NCBI GenBank assembly: GCA_951406725.2
Contig: OX597818.1
Location: 111,848,001 to 111,912,000 of the forward strand
Direction of reading: 5' to 3'
DNA length: 64,000 bases
DNA from: Octopus vulgaris
Taxonomy: Eukaryota
The translations under genes and the position numbers were made by a program. Positions 1 to 13,329 of the stretch are shown here, one piece after another; the first letter of the stretch is position 1; the number at the start of each line of letters is the position of its first letter. The notes beneath the pieces are model-generated. The model made no database searches, was not told the origin of the DNA, and saw only the letters and a list, made by a program, of their open reading frames with translations.

Positions 1-1050
1 GCAAGTTTTCTATGGAAGTTCTTAATCTAACAACCTATAATCAGCGAAGATCATTAAGACGATGGATCCTCAGCGTCTACCTATGTTAAACAGTCTGTGG
101 TTGATCTGAGCAGGCAGAATATTAAATGAAATTATATTCGGAAAACAAATTGCTTAGACTAAATTCGCGGAGATAATCGATAATTGACCTATTAATGTCT
201 GTGTATATGCAGTTTAATTTGATGAAGCTAAAAAAAAATGTTCACCACATTGCTTTATTAATTCCTATTTATAGAAGAGGGAAAAGAAAGTGTAACGTTC
301 GTATCTGATAGAAAGATAATGGTTTCAGACATGCGTGGAATTTGTATGGAAATGTTACAGTGAAGTGAGAGGCATGCGGCTCGTTACTATCTGTGGTATG
401 TATGGTCTCCAGTGAAAATGAAACCAAAGTGAGAAGCAATTAATAACCAAATATTGAAAAGTATTTGGTAATAATTTCTCTGATAAATCGTCTGCCCTAT
501 CACTTTCGAACGATGAAACTAGTCCTAACGTTGCGACTGTAAAAGAGAATTAAAAAATTAAGAGTCGGATTAAATCATATGAGGCTTGTAATTAAATATT
601 CTAGTTAATTACTTGGTAGATGAGTGGCTAATACCAAACGCTTAAGTCATTCGGCTATTAAAATGGGGCGAACATTTCGCGTGAATGGTGCTATAGAATG
701 CACTGGGATCGTTGGTACTTCTTGTTTACATTATAAATTGAATTCTCTCCACAATACTTAAATATCAGAAAATTATCACGTTTTCTATTTTCAAGACAAG
801 AGATCAAACTCCGTTTCAGTGAAAATGATTTGATGGAATGAAACAGACTACATAAAAATTTTATTTTACTATTTCAGGATCCTGTCATGATACGTTTCCT
901 GACATCTTTATTTTCATGCTTTTAATTAAACTCGTTAAAACTGGTATGAAATCATATTAAATAGAGTGAAATTGAGGCTTATTTCTGAACAAATGGGTTT
1001 TATATTAAGCAGTTTCTTCATTATTTTATAACGTTATAGATATTATATAT

Positions 1051-1508
1051 TATTCTTTTACTTGTTTCAGTCATGGCTATGCTCGAGCGCCGCCTTTAGT
1101 AGAAAAAAATCAATCCCAGGACTTATTCTTTGTAAGCCTAGTATTTATTCTATTTGCTTCTTTTGCCTAACCGTTGAGATACGGGAACGTGAACACACCA
1201 ATATCGGTTGTCAAGCGATGTTGTGGGGACAGACACAGACACACAAACATATACACATGCATATATCAAGGCCTAATATCTCATATATATATATAAGAGA
1301 TATTAGACCTTGATATATGTATGTGTGTGTGTATATATATATACACGACGGGCTTCTTTTAGTTGCCATCTACCAAATTCACTGGCAAGGCTTTGGTCGG
1401 CCCGAGGCTATAGAAGAAGACACTTTCCCAAGGTGCCACGCGGTGGAACTGAACCCGGAACCACGTGGTTGGTAACCTAACTAATTACCACACAGCCGCT
1501 CCTGTGCC
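1051..1508 (-). mobile_element. tRNA-derived CORE-type SINE (family A), full length, with internal microsatellite
   Basis: Minus strand reads: A-box-like GGCTGTGTGGTA, B-box-like GGTTCAGTTCC, CORE-like GTGGCACCTTGGGAAAGTGTCTTC, then (TA/CA)n, then a conserved 3' half ending GACTGAAACAAGTAAAAGAATA. About 20 related copies occur in the window. Resembles the octopus OR-type CORE-SINEs. Confidence 0.85.
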
Positions 1509-2630
1509 TATATATTTAAAATTATTTCAAACAGGATGAAGGGTCCTGCATAAATCACCGAATCTTTCCTCTTTCTCACATAAAAGAAATATCTAAAAAG
1601 GCTTGTCAGGCTACCTCATGGTTCCAGCCGACAAAAGTGAAAAGAGGTTGCAAATTATTTATCAAAATGCAGGGCTGAAAGCATAATATCTCTAGATAAA
1701 TGTTGCAGACAATTTTTTGAAAATCTAAAAGCTATCGTTACGGAAAATAAATAAGCGCATAGTACCACGTTACTTTCGCAATATTAGCCTAAGTCTCAGA
1801 ATACTGGAACTTAAAGTGCACGCTGGTCGACCATAAGCTGTGGTTGATCCACGTTGTCACCAACGGACGTTCGAAAGTTGTCGATGAGCTCTTTCAATAA
1901 TTAATTCTTCGTAGATCCAGCTTATCACTTAAGTGTCAGTATCGATGGCAATACTCTCGATCATGTATGCGTATGCATATATATATATGTGTGTGTGTGT
2001 GTGTATGTGTGTGTGTGTGTGTATGTGTGTGTGTATACATACACACGCACACATGCACACACAGGCACACACACACACACGCACGCACGCTCATATATGT
2101 TCGTGTGTATGTATAGCATAGATAAAAATGTGGAGAATGAAAGAAAATGAAAGAACACGGAACGATTTCACACAATCGTGAAGACTGCGAACAATGGCAT
2201 TATTGACGGTAAAACAAAAGGAATATATCTTTAAGTGAAAACAGAATCAATAAGGGACGTTTTTTTTTCCTTTTTTACGCAACAGTTTTTTGGCTTTTGG
2301 ACACAGAATGATGTCCATAGATAGAAGATATCTCCGCCAGAAGAACAATGGTTTCCATTAAATTATATTTCATGTATTCGTTATACTAGATTTACAGAAC
2401 AATAACTTTTGCATTTGAGCTTTAGGCAAAGAATAACAATTATCTGATGGATCAGAAGACGAGTAGGAGGGAAAGGGGTAACGCAGGGGCTGGATGTTGC
2501 GAAAATGGGCTAGAAATATATAAAACGTTGCCGAACACGTGGAACGAATAATATTATTAATCAAAACTTAAAGTTGGAGAACAATAGCAACCAAAAGCTA
2601 TTTCCATTGTGATAATAATGGTGAGTTTCC

Positions 2631-2632
<2 letters not shown>

Positions 2633-2702
<70 letters not shown>

Positions 2703-2736
2703 TAATAATGATAATAATAATAATAATAATAATAAT

Positions 2737-2774
<38 letters not shown>

Positions 2775-2829
2775 TAATAATAATATTAATAATAATAATA
2801 ATAATAATAACAATAACAATAATAATAAT

Positions 2830-2915
<86 letters not shown>

Positions 2916-2937
2916 TAATAATAATAATAATAATAAC

Positions 2938-3014
<77 letters not shown>
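2633..3014. repeat. (AAT)n microsatellite, ~380 bp
   Basis: Direct reading; explains the poly-I/L/Y ORFs. Confidence 0.98.
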
Positions 3015-3016
<2 letters not shown>

Positions 3017-3351
3017 GTAAGCTAGCCCATACAAGATTCGGCGATAGGCAGAGACAAAGACACGCCAAGGCGCGTCAGGCATCAGTAGCATATCGCAGAT
3101 ACAAGCACATACTTCGCCAAACATACATGCAAAAGCATACAGACGCACATAGATAACATGTTGCTTAAAGCAAGAAGGATTTCTTCCAAGCCTGAATAAA
3201 GGATTTGATGTTTGAAAGGCAGAGGGTAGAGTAATTGTTAGAGTAATTTAAAGCTTATACTCGATTGCCAGAAGACTACATTTTGGCTCATACGAACTTC
3301 AGACACCCATCCTACTCCTCCGTTGCCATAGTCTACACATAACCTTATACA

Positions 3352-3684
<333 letters not shown>

Positions 3685-4812
3685 AACTCTCTATCTATTT
3701 ATACCAATACACACATATTTATAAGTCATATATATTCACACAAATATATAAAACATACACAAAGACATCCAAACGTAAATACACACAGACACACATCATC
3801 CATGGCAGTATCATTTTCTCTGCAAAGAGCTTACCTCACACACGAGTATTTTTATCATCTCTACTTAGCCACTTTCAATGCCTCGTTCAATCCTCCTTGA
3901 CTCAGTTACTCAATCACTCACTCCACTTGTTTTTCCTTTCACCATATTTTCTTTCCTTTCTTTATATATTGCCATTCTGCGCGATACTTCTAAGCTATCT
4001 TACAACGAAAGCCATATTTTGAAATACTGCAATTATTTCCCATTTTTCCTTCGGTATTTTATATATATATATTTTTTGATATTTCTCTCGGCCATAATCC
4101 GACTGGATATTGTTATCAATGCAAACCAGATACTTCATATCTATCGCCTCATCACTCGCATGGAGATAATTATAAAGGTAGACGCTATAAGTGTATATAG
4201 AGAATATAACGCAGGAGAAAAAAAATGAAAGTAAAATGAACAACAATGTGATGAATGAAAAGGAGAGAGAAAGCTTTCGTGCTTTGGTTTAATTCAATTG
4301 ATATGGAATGTATAAATTATATCGCTGCAGCTGATAAAATATGTAATTCACTTGGCGGCAACAGGCTATTTTCTTAAATCCAAACCAATAATCAGATTGG
4401 TAGCTCCTTCATGGAGTTGGCTTCTTAGCTGTAAGTGATTATATAATTTCGTGTACACACACACACACACTTATATATATGCACATAATGCTGGTATATA
4501 TAAGTATATATTTACATATGCGTATATTATATATAGTACATAATAAATATATATATTATATATATATGTAGAATGTATCATCTCTGTTTCTCTATGTATA
4601 TGTACGCACACACACATACACACACACATGCAAAAATGCTAGTTCTAAAATCTGCGCATATATGTGTGTGTGTGTGCGTGTGTATGCATGTATGTATATG
4701 CATACATGTATAGGTGTAGGCACGGCTGTGTTGTAAAAAGCTTCCTTCCCAACCACATGGTTCCAGGTTCAGTTCCAGAATGTGACACTTTGACCAAGTT
4801 TCTTGTTCTATA

Positions 4813-5255
<443 letters not shown>

Positions 5256-5413
5256 TCTTCTATATCTTTGTGTCAACCAATTCCCTATGAGTGGATGTGA
5301 TAGACGGAAACTGAAAGAAGCCCATGATTGTATATGTATACGCGCACGTATTTATAAAATAGATGGCAGAGAATTAGAAATTACCATACCCTTATAAATA
5401 TATAGAAACCTAA

Positions 5414-5626
5414 GGCGGCGTGGTGACAGAATCGTTATCGCACCGGACAAAATGCTTAGCGGTAATTCATCCGGCTTTACTTTTTTAGTTCAAAAGCCCC
5501 TGAAGTTTACTTCAGCTTTCCTCCTTTCGGGGTCGATAAAAATAATACCATTTGAGCACTGGGGTCGCTGTAATCGACTTGCTCCTCTCCAGAATTTGCT
5601 GGCCTTGTGCCACATTTAGAAACCAG
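5414..5626 (+). mobile_element. tRNA-derived SINE family B, monomer with TSD
   Basis: Family B body (…CAGCTTTCCTCCTTTCGGGGTCGATAAAA…CACTGGGGTCG). Flanked by the 15-bp direct repeat TATATAGAAA(C/T)CTAA at 5399-5413 and 5627-5641. Confidence 0.8.
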
Positions 5627-6387
5627 TATATAGAAATCTAAATATTATTATTAATAAGCAAAAGAAGAGGTTAAAATGCCTCCACGCTGTTGAAACTGAC
5701 GTGATTAATGGGATGTCCGGGCTCAGTAAAGGAGTAACGAATATTCATGCAGTGCGTTTAGTATTCTAAAACGCATCAATGTTAAATTTCTAATCACTCG
5801 GTTATATATAATTTTTCACTTACATATAATCTTTCAACTGACAGAAAAAAAAAAACTGGCCAAACGAGTTGTTGGTTAATAAAATAGACTTATTCAGTAG
5901 TCAGATCATGAAAAACCTGATAGCCGTAGGAAAATTCGTTAAAAAAAATTGTAGTCTTTTGTAGTGAAAAGGTTAACAAACTCTTCAAGGTGAAAATCTA
6001 AAGAAACAAAGATTGAACAATAGGAACACATACCAAAAGCTGTACATTTTAGTTAGTTGTCGTGGCAGGCTTCATGTAAATATCCCACGGTTGGCACCAA
6101 ATGTTCTTCTCCTGCGTACGTGACGTCCAGACATTTTGTGACGTAAAAGACGGTCTCTATGACATCACGGAGACGAAACGTTTAATTCTGGCTTCTTAAA
6201 AATAAATTCCGCTATTTCAACCACAAAACTGCAATCACAGTGTTATAATAAGGATATGAATAATGTATTTATGGCTAAGGAATCCTGAGAAAGACTCAAA
6301 TTGGTAGCAGGATGTAAAGAGCTCCCTGTAATTCGTTTAGCAAGAAAAAACAATACAGCAGAAAGAAATATATAGTAACAGCAAGTA

Positions 6388-6388
<1 letters not shown>

Positions 6389-6481
<93 letters not shown>
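6389..6481. repeat. (TATC)n microsatellite
   Basis: Direct reading. Confidence 0.98.
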
Positions 6482-6645
6482 GGTTTGCAAGTTTCCTGAC
6501 GTGGGAAGGTCATTACGCTAATAATAATAACAACACACTCATAGATTCAATTCCACTTCTTTATTGCTAGTCACTTGTTTAAATACCTAACCAACTAATC
6601 TAATTGATCGTTTGTTAAATGCGTTGATTAAACAATCAATCGGTT

Positions 6646-7155
6646 AGAAAATTATTATTTTTAAATCTCACAACGTGAGATATTCAGCAACAATACTTTG
6701 GAGTAAAGATTGTTTGCCAACATAACATGGCAGCCCTGGTTTAGGACGAATGTTGCTGTAATTTAGCCCCAGGAGACATTGTCTCCAGCTGGCTATACTA
6801 CGTGATCTGAGTCCTTATACTTTCGTACAAGGGAATCTAGCATCCCCACTCAACTCAAAACAATATATGTGTATCGCAATTTCTGGGTTATTTCTCTTCA
6901 TCAGCACTGAATAATTGTTTACCTAGAAGAGGCGCGGCCAAATTATTCTGTGCTGATGAAGGGAAATGACCCGGAAATCGCGATACACAGATATTGTTTT
7001 GAGCTGAGTGGGGGTGCTAGATACCCTTGTTGGAAAATATAAGGACACAGCTGGTGTTGTCTAACCAGCTGGAGATTGTGTCTCCTGGGGCTAAATTATA
7101 GCAACATTCGTCCTAAACCAGGACTGCCATGTTATGTTGCAAGATAATCTTTACT
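6646..7155. mobile_element. Penelope-like element remnant: inverted pseudo-LTR pair with 14-bp TSD
   Basis: Inverted arms of ~215 bp at 6702-6916 and 6941-7155, each with a hammerhead motif. Direct repeat ACAATCAATCGGTT at 6632-6645 and 7156-7169. Confidence 0.75.
6947..6991 (+). ncRNA. Minimal type-I hammerhead ribozyme motif
   Basis: tctgtg-CTGATGA-a-ggg(aaatga)ccc-g-GAAA-t(cgcg)a-TA-cacaga. Six-bp helix I, palindromic CGCG loop III, AUA cleavage triplet. A more degenerate mirror copy lies at ~6866-6910 (-). Confidence 0.65.
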
Positions 7156-7523
7156 ACAATCAATCGGTTTTTCAGTGATTTTAATGATTCCTCTGGCTCC
7201 AGAGTGTGTCCGATAATTGGTCTTATACCTCTGTTTGTATGGATGCTTGCATGCATGGTTGCTTAGAAGACGAGGTAAGTGAGAGTAGACGAATCATACT
7301 TGCACGTGCATACGTGCATGTGTGTGTGTGCGTGCGTGGCTGTGTGCGTTTGGTCTCAACTCCGATAGATGAGGGGTATAGTTGTTTACCTGGGTAAAGG
7401 GAGTCAAGAACAGGGTAGGTGTGTGAGTATTTGCGTGCGCGCACGTATATGTCTGAGTGTGTGCATGTGTATATACATACATATATTTTCACACAGATAA
7501 ACACATACACACACACCACTGGG

Positions 7524-7568
7524 TATATATATATATATATATATATATATCAAGCTTCTGTATTCCTA

Positions 7569-7625
<57 letters not shown>

Positions 7626-7650
7626 CATACATATATATATATATATACAT

Positions 7651-7742
<92 letters not shown>

Positions 7743-7748
7743 ACATAC

Positions 7749-7800
<52 letters not shown>
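7524..7800. repeat. (TA)n/(CA)n compound microsatellite
   Basis: Direct reading. Confidence 0.97.
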
Positions 7801-7802
<2 letters not shown>

Positions 7803-8935
7803 TTAAATCATCTACCAAATATTCCTATTTTCATAAACACCTGGAAGAATGAATTAATAAGGTTAATTCGTAGTTTCGCAGTCGGGTGTGGTGAGTGGAG
7901 AAAATTTCAAGTTTTGAAATTTTCTCAGCACCCAAAACATGCAAAACTTGAAACAAGAGTAACAACAACAACAACAACAGCAACAAAAGCAAAATCAAAT
8001 TGGTAAAACAATTTCTGAGTCAGTTGCAGTGTAGATTTAGGCACAAAAATATAATAATGGGAATTAAAAAACAGAATGATGAATTTGTATTTGGTTGAAT
8101 TGTAACCTCTCATGTCTGAAATTCAACCTCCTAGAAATAGTACACACGCAGACACGCAGATGCATGCGCACACACACACATGCACATACACACACACATA
8201 CAGACACACACACGCATACACACGCATGCACACATTCACAAACGCATGTATCCAATTGTTTCAGCTATGCCACGCTTCTACCTCACTCCATATCTTAGAA
8301 ACATGTTTCCGAAAACAATGTGTTCTTAATTAGACGGAAATTAGGAAATCAATCAAGCAATCAATAAATCAATCAACCGATCGATCAATCGATACTTAAA
8401 AAACAAAATCAATGTTTTAAAATTGAGGGCAACTGCCAACAAAAGTTTCACGCTGATAACTAAATTAAAAGATAGACAGATGTTGTCATTTGAAATAAAA
8501 TAGAAACAATACAGAAACGAAATAATTCCAATATAAATAAAAAGATGAATTAACAAACGATATACTTTACTAAACACACACAGCCAGGGTAAGAAGTGCA
8601 AATATTCGGGAACCTCGAAGAATAGGGATTTGAAATGAATATTGAATTATATTGTTGTAGAAACCTTGGATTCACGTCTGTTAGCATAAAGGTTGCAGAT
8701 GGTAAACAAAATGGCGTCATGCTGACATAAAAATGAATAAATATACGTTCCATGAATAAATCATAGTTTAAAAACGATGTTTAACTTAAGAACAATGTCA
8801 AACTTTTTGAGGGATGAGTGTGGACTTGTCAAGTGTTTAATTGGTGCTTAAGTTATCGCCTTCGGGAGGCAAAAATCGATTTTAGCGCGGAATTTTGGCT
8901 CAGAAACATAAAATTAGGGTAGTGGTTTTATAGAG

Positions 8936-9235
8936 AAATGGTTCTAAAGTATACTTTTTTTTTCCTACTGAGGATCACTTTGATTAATATTTTATAGTGG
9001 TGGATTACCATAGCCATTAAGTGTTTAAAAGTTAGGTTTATAGAAGCATCTTTCAAAATTCCTATTTTGTTTTTCACATGTTCACTTGCATAGGTTTGCA
9101 ATGGCACTCACTGAGGGAACATGTTTCAGTTGTCGGAAACATGTCAAACCTAGAGAAAGAAACTTAGCAGTGTTTTGCAAATTTTTTCATAAACCCTCAC
9201 CAAAATCTTAGACGGTCCCCGATTGAGAGCCCCTG
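8936..9235. mobile_element. hAT (Charlie/Buster-like) MITE
   Basis: 8-bp TSD TTATAGAG at 8928-8935 and 9236-9243 with central TA. The right end reads CAGGGGCTCTCAA on the minus strand; the left end is a degenerate AAATGGTTCTAAA. Confidence 0.7.
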
Positions 9236-9502
9236 TTATAGAGTAGTCAGTATACACGTGTGCTCTTAGCATAAAATAAGTTTGATTCAGTACATCATAA
9301 CACTGGGTCCTGTGAAAATGACGTATAATTCTTCTGACCGCTTTTCAAACAATCTCTGTATACCCAATTTCATTCATATGGTCGTTATTTTGTTAGGGTT
9401 GTTTCTACATATATTTTATAGAACTTACAGCCAACACTGAGTTTTGCAACAAAGTTTCGTATCAAAACGTCAGACAAAAAAAAACGAAAGACAAAAATGT
9501 GT

Positions 9503-9556
9503 AATGAGTGTATATGCCATATTTCGAGAGTTATCGCCCTCTCATCAGCACCCATT
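9503..9556 (-). ncRNA. Canonical type-I hammerhead ribozyme
   Basis: aatgggtg-CTGATGA-gaggg(cgataa)ctctc-GAAA-tat(ggc)ata-TA-cactcatt. All core nucleotides are intact: 8-bp helix I (one GU), 5-bp helix II closed by G-C, 4-bp helix III, AUA triplet. Confidence 0.85.
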
Positions 9557-9804
9557 TAACTCACTCTCGCCTCCGAACACATTGCTTATATAGCCACCGC
9601 ATACAGCGATGCTATGTTACTGGATATATCAATTTACATAATAGACGTATTCCTGGGGGAATATGGTCATATGGTCGATCTCTAAGCCTAAGTAGAGGGC
9701 ACTTAACGAAAGACCCGAGTACAACCTTGAATAGCGAATGACCTTTTCGGCCATCTCCATACATACGCCATGCACATCGATATATGCACACAAATGTAGT
9801 TGGT

Positions 9805-10093
9805 TTCCTGTCGCTTACGAAGACGAGGGTTCCAGTTGACCCGATCAACGGAACAGCCTGCTCGTGAAATTAACTAGAGGCTGAGCATTCCGACAGTCAC
9901 GCGTACCCTCAACGTAGTTCTCAGGGAGATTCAGCATGACGTAGAATACGACAAGACCAGCCCTTTACAATATCGGTACACAGTGGACTGGAACAACATG
10001 AAATAAAGGACACAGCGCGCCGTCGGGAATCGAACTCGCGACCTTCGGATCGTGAGCCGAATACCGCAACAACCAAGCAACGCGCCTTCATGC
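9805..10093 (-). mobile_element. tRNA-derived SINE family C (variant head)
   Basis: Shares the 3' tail …TTTCACGAGCAGGCTGTTCCGTTGATC…AACTGGAACCCTCGTC with 25326-25649 and 32273-32652. B box GAGTTCGATTCC. Confidence 0.8.
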
Positions 10094-10667
10094 GCACAGA
10101 TAGAAACACAGATAAATAAAAGTACGTTGTCTTTCTTCCGATAGTTGCACTGGTGTCTCAAAAGGAACAGCAGACTATTTCCATTATACACTTAACATGC
10201 TGCGCTATTGATGCCGCTTTAAAAGGCCTATAGTGTAATGAAGTTAATCCATGTATATTTCCTATAGGATAGAGATTAATTGATTAGCTGCAACAACAAT
10301 ACGATGGCAACACAATACAGGTATTTGTGCGGCTCACTTGGAAAGTCTATTGGTTTCCTTTATTTAATTATTATGCAATATTCAATAGAAAACTGTGGGA
10401 GGAGAGATAATTTCACAATATAACACACACACACACGCAAGCAAGCACGTACGCACTGACACATGTATACATACTTACATTGACACATACAACTTACAGT
10501 GATACATACATAGATATATACACACATAAATATGATACAAAGTCGAGAGACAGTGAAGCGTCAGATTTCTTATGATTTATACTTGTTTTCATTCATTTTG
10601 GTTTCAAATTCCACATGGAATGATCTTGAAATCCATTAACCTGTAGTATTATTTCAACTTTCATTAG

Positions 10668-11450
10668 GGCGACGGGATGGCAGAAACATTAGCACGCCAG
10701 GCGAAATGAGTAGCCGTATTTCGTCTGCCGTTACGTTCTGAGTTCAAATTCCGCCGTGGTCGACTTTGCCTTCCATCCTTTCGGGGTCGATAAATTAAGT
10801 AGCAGTTACGCACTGGGGGGTCGATATAATCAACTTAATCCCTCTGTCTGTCCTTGTTTGTCTCCTCTGTGTTTAGCCCCTTGTGGGTAGTAAAGAAATA
10901 GGTATTTCGTCTGTCTTTATGTTGTGAGTCCAAATTCGGCCGGGGTTGACTTTGCCTTTCATCCTTTCGACGTCGATAAATTAAATACCAGTTGTGAACT
11001 GGGGTCGATCTAATCGACTAACCGACTTACTCCAAGAATCAAGTCTCGCGCATACTTTGGCGCCGCCATTATCACAGTTGTTGTTATTATTATTAATATA
11101 ATAAGATGCATGCTGGCAGAATCGATAGCACGACGGGAAAAATGCTTAGCAGTTTTTTGCCCATCCTTACGTTCTGAGTTCAAACTTCACCGAGGTTGAA
11201 TTTGCTTTCATCCTTTCGAGATCGATAAAATAAGTACCAGTTGCGCACTGGGGTCGATGTAATCGACTTTCCCCCCCACCTATCAGAAATTGCTAACCTT
11301 GTAGCAGAATTTGAAATCAACACAGTAATAACAGGAAATTTGTTGTTGTTCTTATTATTAATGTAAGCGCGTCGGACAAAATGCTTTGCAAAAATTTCAC
11401 TGAAGTCAAAAGTACAAGTTAAACACCGAGGTCAATGTATTCCACTACTC
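10668..11450 (+). mobile_element. Cluster of SINE family B copies (dimer 10668-11020, monomer 11110-11320, degenerate remnant)
   Basis: Repeated GGCAGAAAC.TTAGCACGCC…GAGTTCAAATTCCGCCG.GGTCGACTTTGCCTT.CATCCTTTCGGGGTCGATAAATTAAGTA. The central block resembles the conserved Meta/Inv-type SINE domain; that assignment is from memory. Confidence 0.85.
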
Positions 11451-11577
11451 TCCCCCACTACCCTCCTTCCACTGCGACACACACACACACACACATATAT
11501 CAAAATTTCAGGCCAAAACTTTAAGTACTGGGATTGATGAACATGGCATGTTCCCTCGAGTGGTCTTATAGCAGCAG

Positions 11578-11638
<61 letters not shown>

Positions 11639-11663
11639 TGAAAGAAAGAGAAAGAGCGAGAGG

Positions 11664-12486
11664 GGAGAGACTTGATCAGAATATTTTTTTCTTTTAGATC
11701 TCAGCAAATCCGATAAACAACAGAAGCAGAAGAAGCAGACATGATAATTTTGGTGGCTGCGTGAACGGGATTTGCTGCCAACACTATAGAATCTGAAAGG
11801 AATTTAGTCGGAAAAACGATTGGCATAAAAGTTTCAGAAAATTACAATTTCATTACATTGATGGAAGCCGCTGTGCTGGCAATCCGAAAAGAAAAAAGTA
11901 TATTTGCCAGACAGTATGCTCAAATGGTCAAAGAGAATGAATATATCTCCTGTTAGTTGTACAAAATCATTTGAACGTTTATTTAAATCAGATTGAGAGG
12001 GGGAAAAAATAAGAAAGAAAAAAAATGATCGAAACATAAGGAACTGGAAATAGCGATATCTCGTAAAAATGGAAGACTACAAGAGGGGGAAAAACAATAC
12101 CCGATAATATTAAGTGTATTAAGAATTGTAGAAAGAGATGCAGGGAAATGCGCAACAAGTTACCAAAAACTGTGCATCATATTGCAAAACAGCTTAGGTT
12201 AAAGTGCAGTTAATAAAAAAGTAAAATAAAAGTACCAAAAAAGATAAAAATGGAAATGCTAAAGATAGGAGACTACGGAAAAGGAGAAGATGATGGCGAT
12301 GATAATGGTGATGCTGATAATTCTAATTTTGGCCCAAGGCCAGCAATTTTTGTTGTGGGGGTGGAAATCGATTATTTAGATCCTAATATTTGATCGATAT
12401 TTATTCTATTGTCGCCGAAAGCGTGAAAAGAAAAGTCGACCGAGGCGAAATTTGAATTCAGAATTTATCATGACGGAAGAAATACC
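11664..12486. repeat. Local segmental duplication, copy 1 (partner 33896-34714, direct orientation)
   Basis: Colinear match over ~820 bp of otherwise unique sequence, plus a shared degenerate SINE-B carrying the same private mutations. Confidence 0.95.
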
Positions 12487-12705
12487 TATTTCTTTACTAC
12501 CCACAATGGGCTAAACACAGGGAGGACAAACAAGGACAGGCACACAGATTAAGTCGATTATATCAACCCCAATGCGCAACTGGTATTTATTTAATCGACC
12601 CGAAAGGATGAAAGCCAAAGTCGACCTCGGTGGAACGTAGTGACGGTCGAAATACCGCTGATGATTTCGTCCGGCCGGCTAACGATTCTGCCAGCTCACC
12701 GCCTC
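12325..12705 (-). mobile_element. SINE family B dimer (young unit joined to an old copy)
   Basis: Reverse complement of the family B pattern; junction GAAATACC at 12479-12486. Confidence 0.85.
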
Positions 12706-13293
12706 GGCATAATGATAATAATAACAGCAATTCTTTCTAATTTTGTTCCAAGACCCGTAATTTTGAAGGAAAGGAGTATCAATTACTTGAAGCCCTCTTT
12801 TTAATTAATACGTGTTTCATCGTCATGTGTTTGTCAACTTGACGGCTTAACCACGCTGCCATTAGTTTTTATTTAGCAGCAGCATTTTTTTTATATTCAA
12901 TAACAATGTCTTACTTTCTTCATTGAACTCTTGTATTTAATTACCAACAATTTATCTCCCTCGAGTGTAGATAAAAGAGAAAGTTATATGATTTAAATTC
13001 ACCGCATCGAGACATCAAAATTGTGAAATCGCAAAAAAGAGAGTGGTGCGTTTCAACCACTTTTACTGTCTTCCCTTGTGTCAACAATGGTATCCTAAAT
13101 AAAGGAAGAAGGCGGAGGCGGTGGGGGGGGGGGAAGTGAAGACAAACATTAAAAGCATCGACCAAGAAAACGCAACAATATAATGACAGACTCCACCGTC
13201 ACCACAACAACAACAGTATTGCCGTCATCTTAACTAGCATGAATAGCAACAATCAATTACGAGAATGACTTATAATCGCTCATCGGGTAAAGC

Positions 13294-13329
<36 letters not shown>

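Noticed and set aside
860-900. Acceptor-like TTTTACTATTTCAG at 865-878
   Set aside because: No matching donor or meaningful frame identified; such motifs are common in AT-rich DNA.
10668-11320. Regularly spaced repeats as a possible CRISPR array
   Set aside because: Eukaryotic context, ~185-bp SINE units, no unique spacers and no cas genes.
12070-12079. TGGAAGACTA, identical to the 5' end of miR-7, inside the duplicated core
   Set aside because: The match stops after 10 nt and there is no precursor hairpin.
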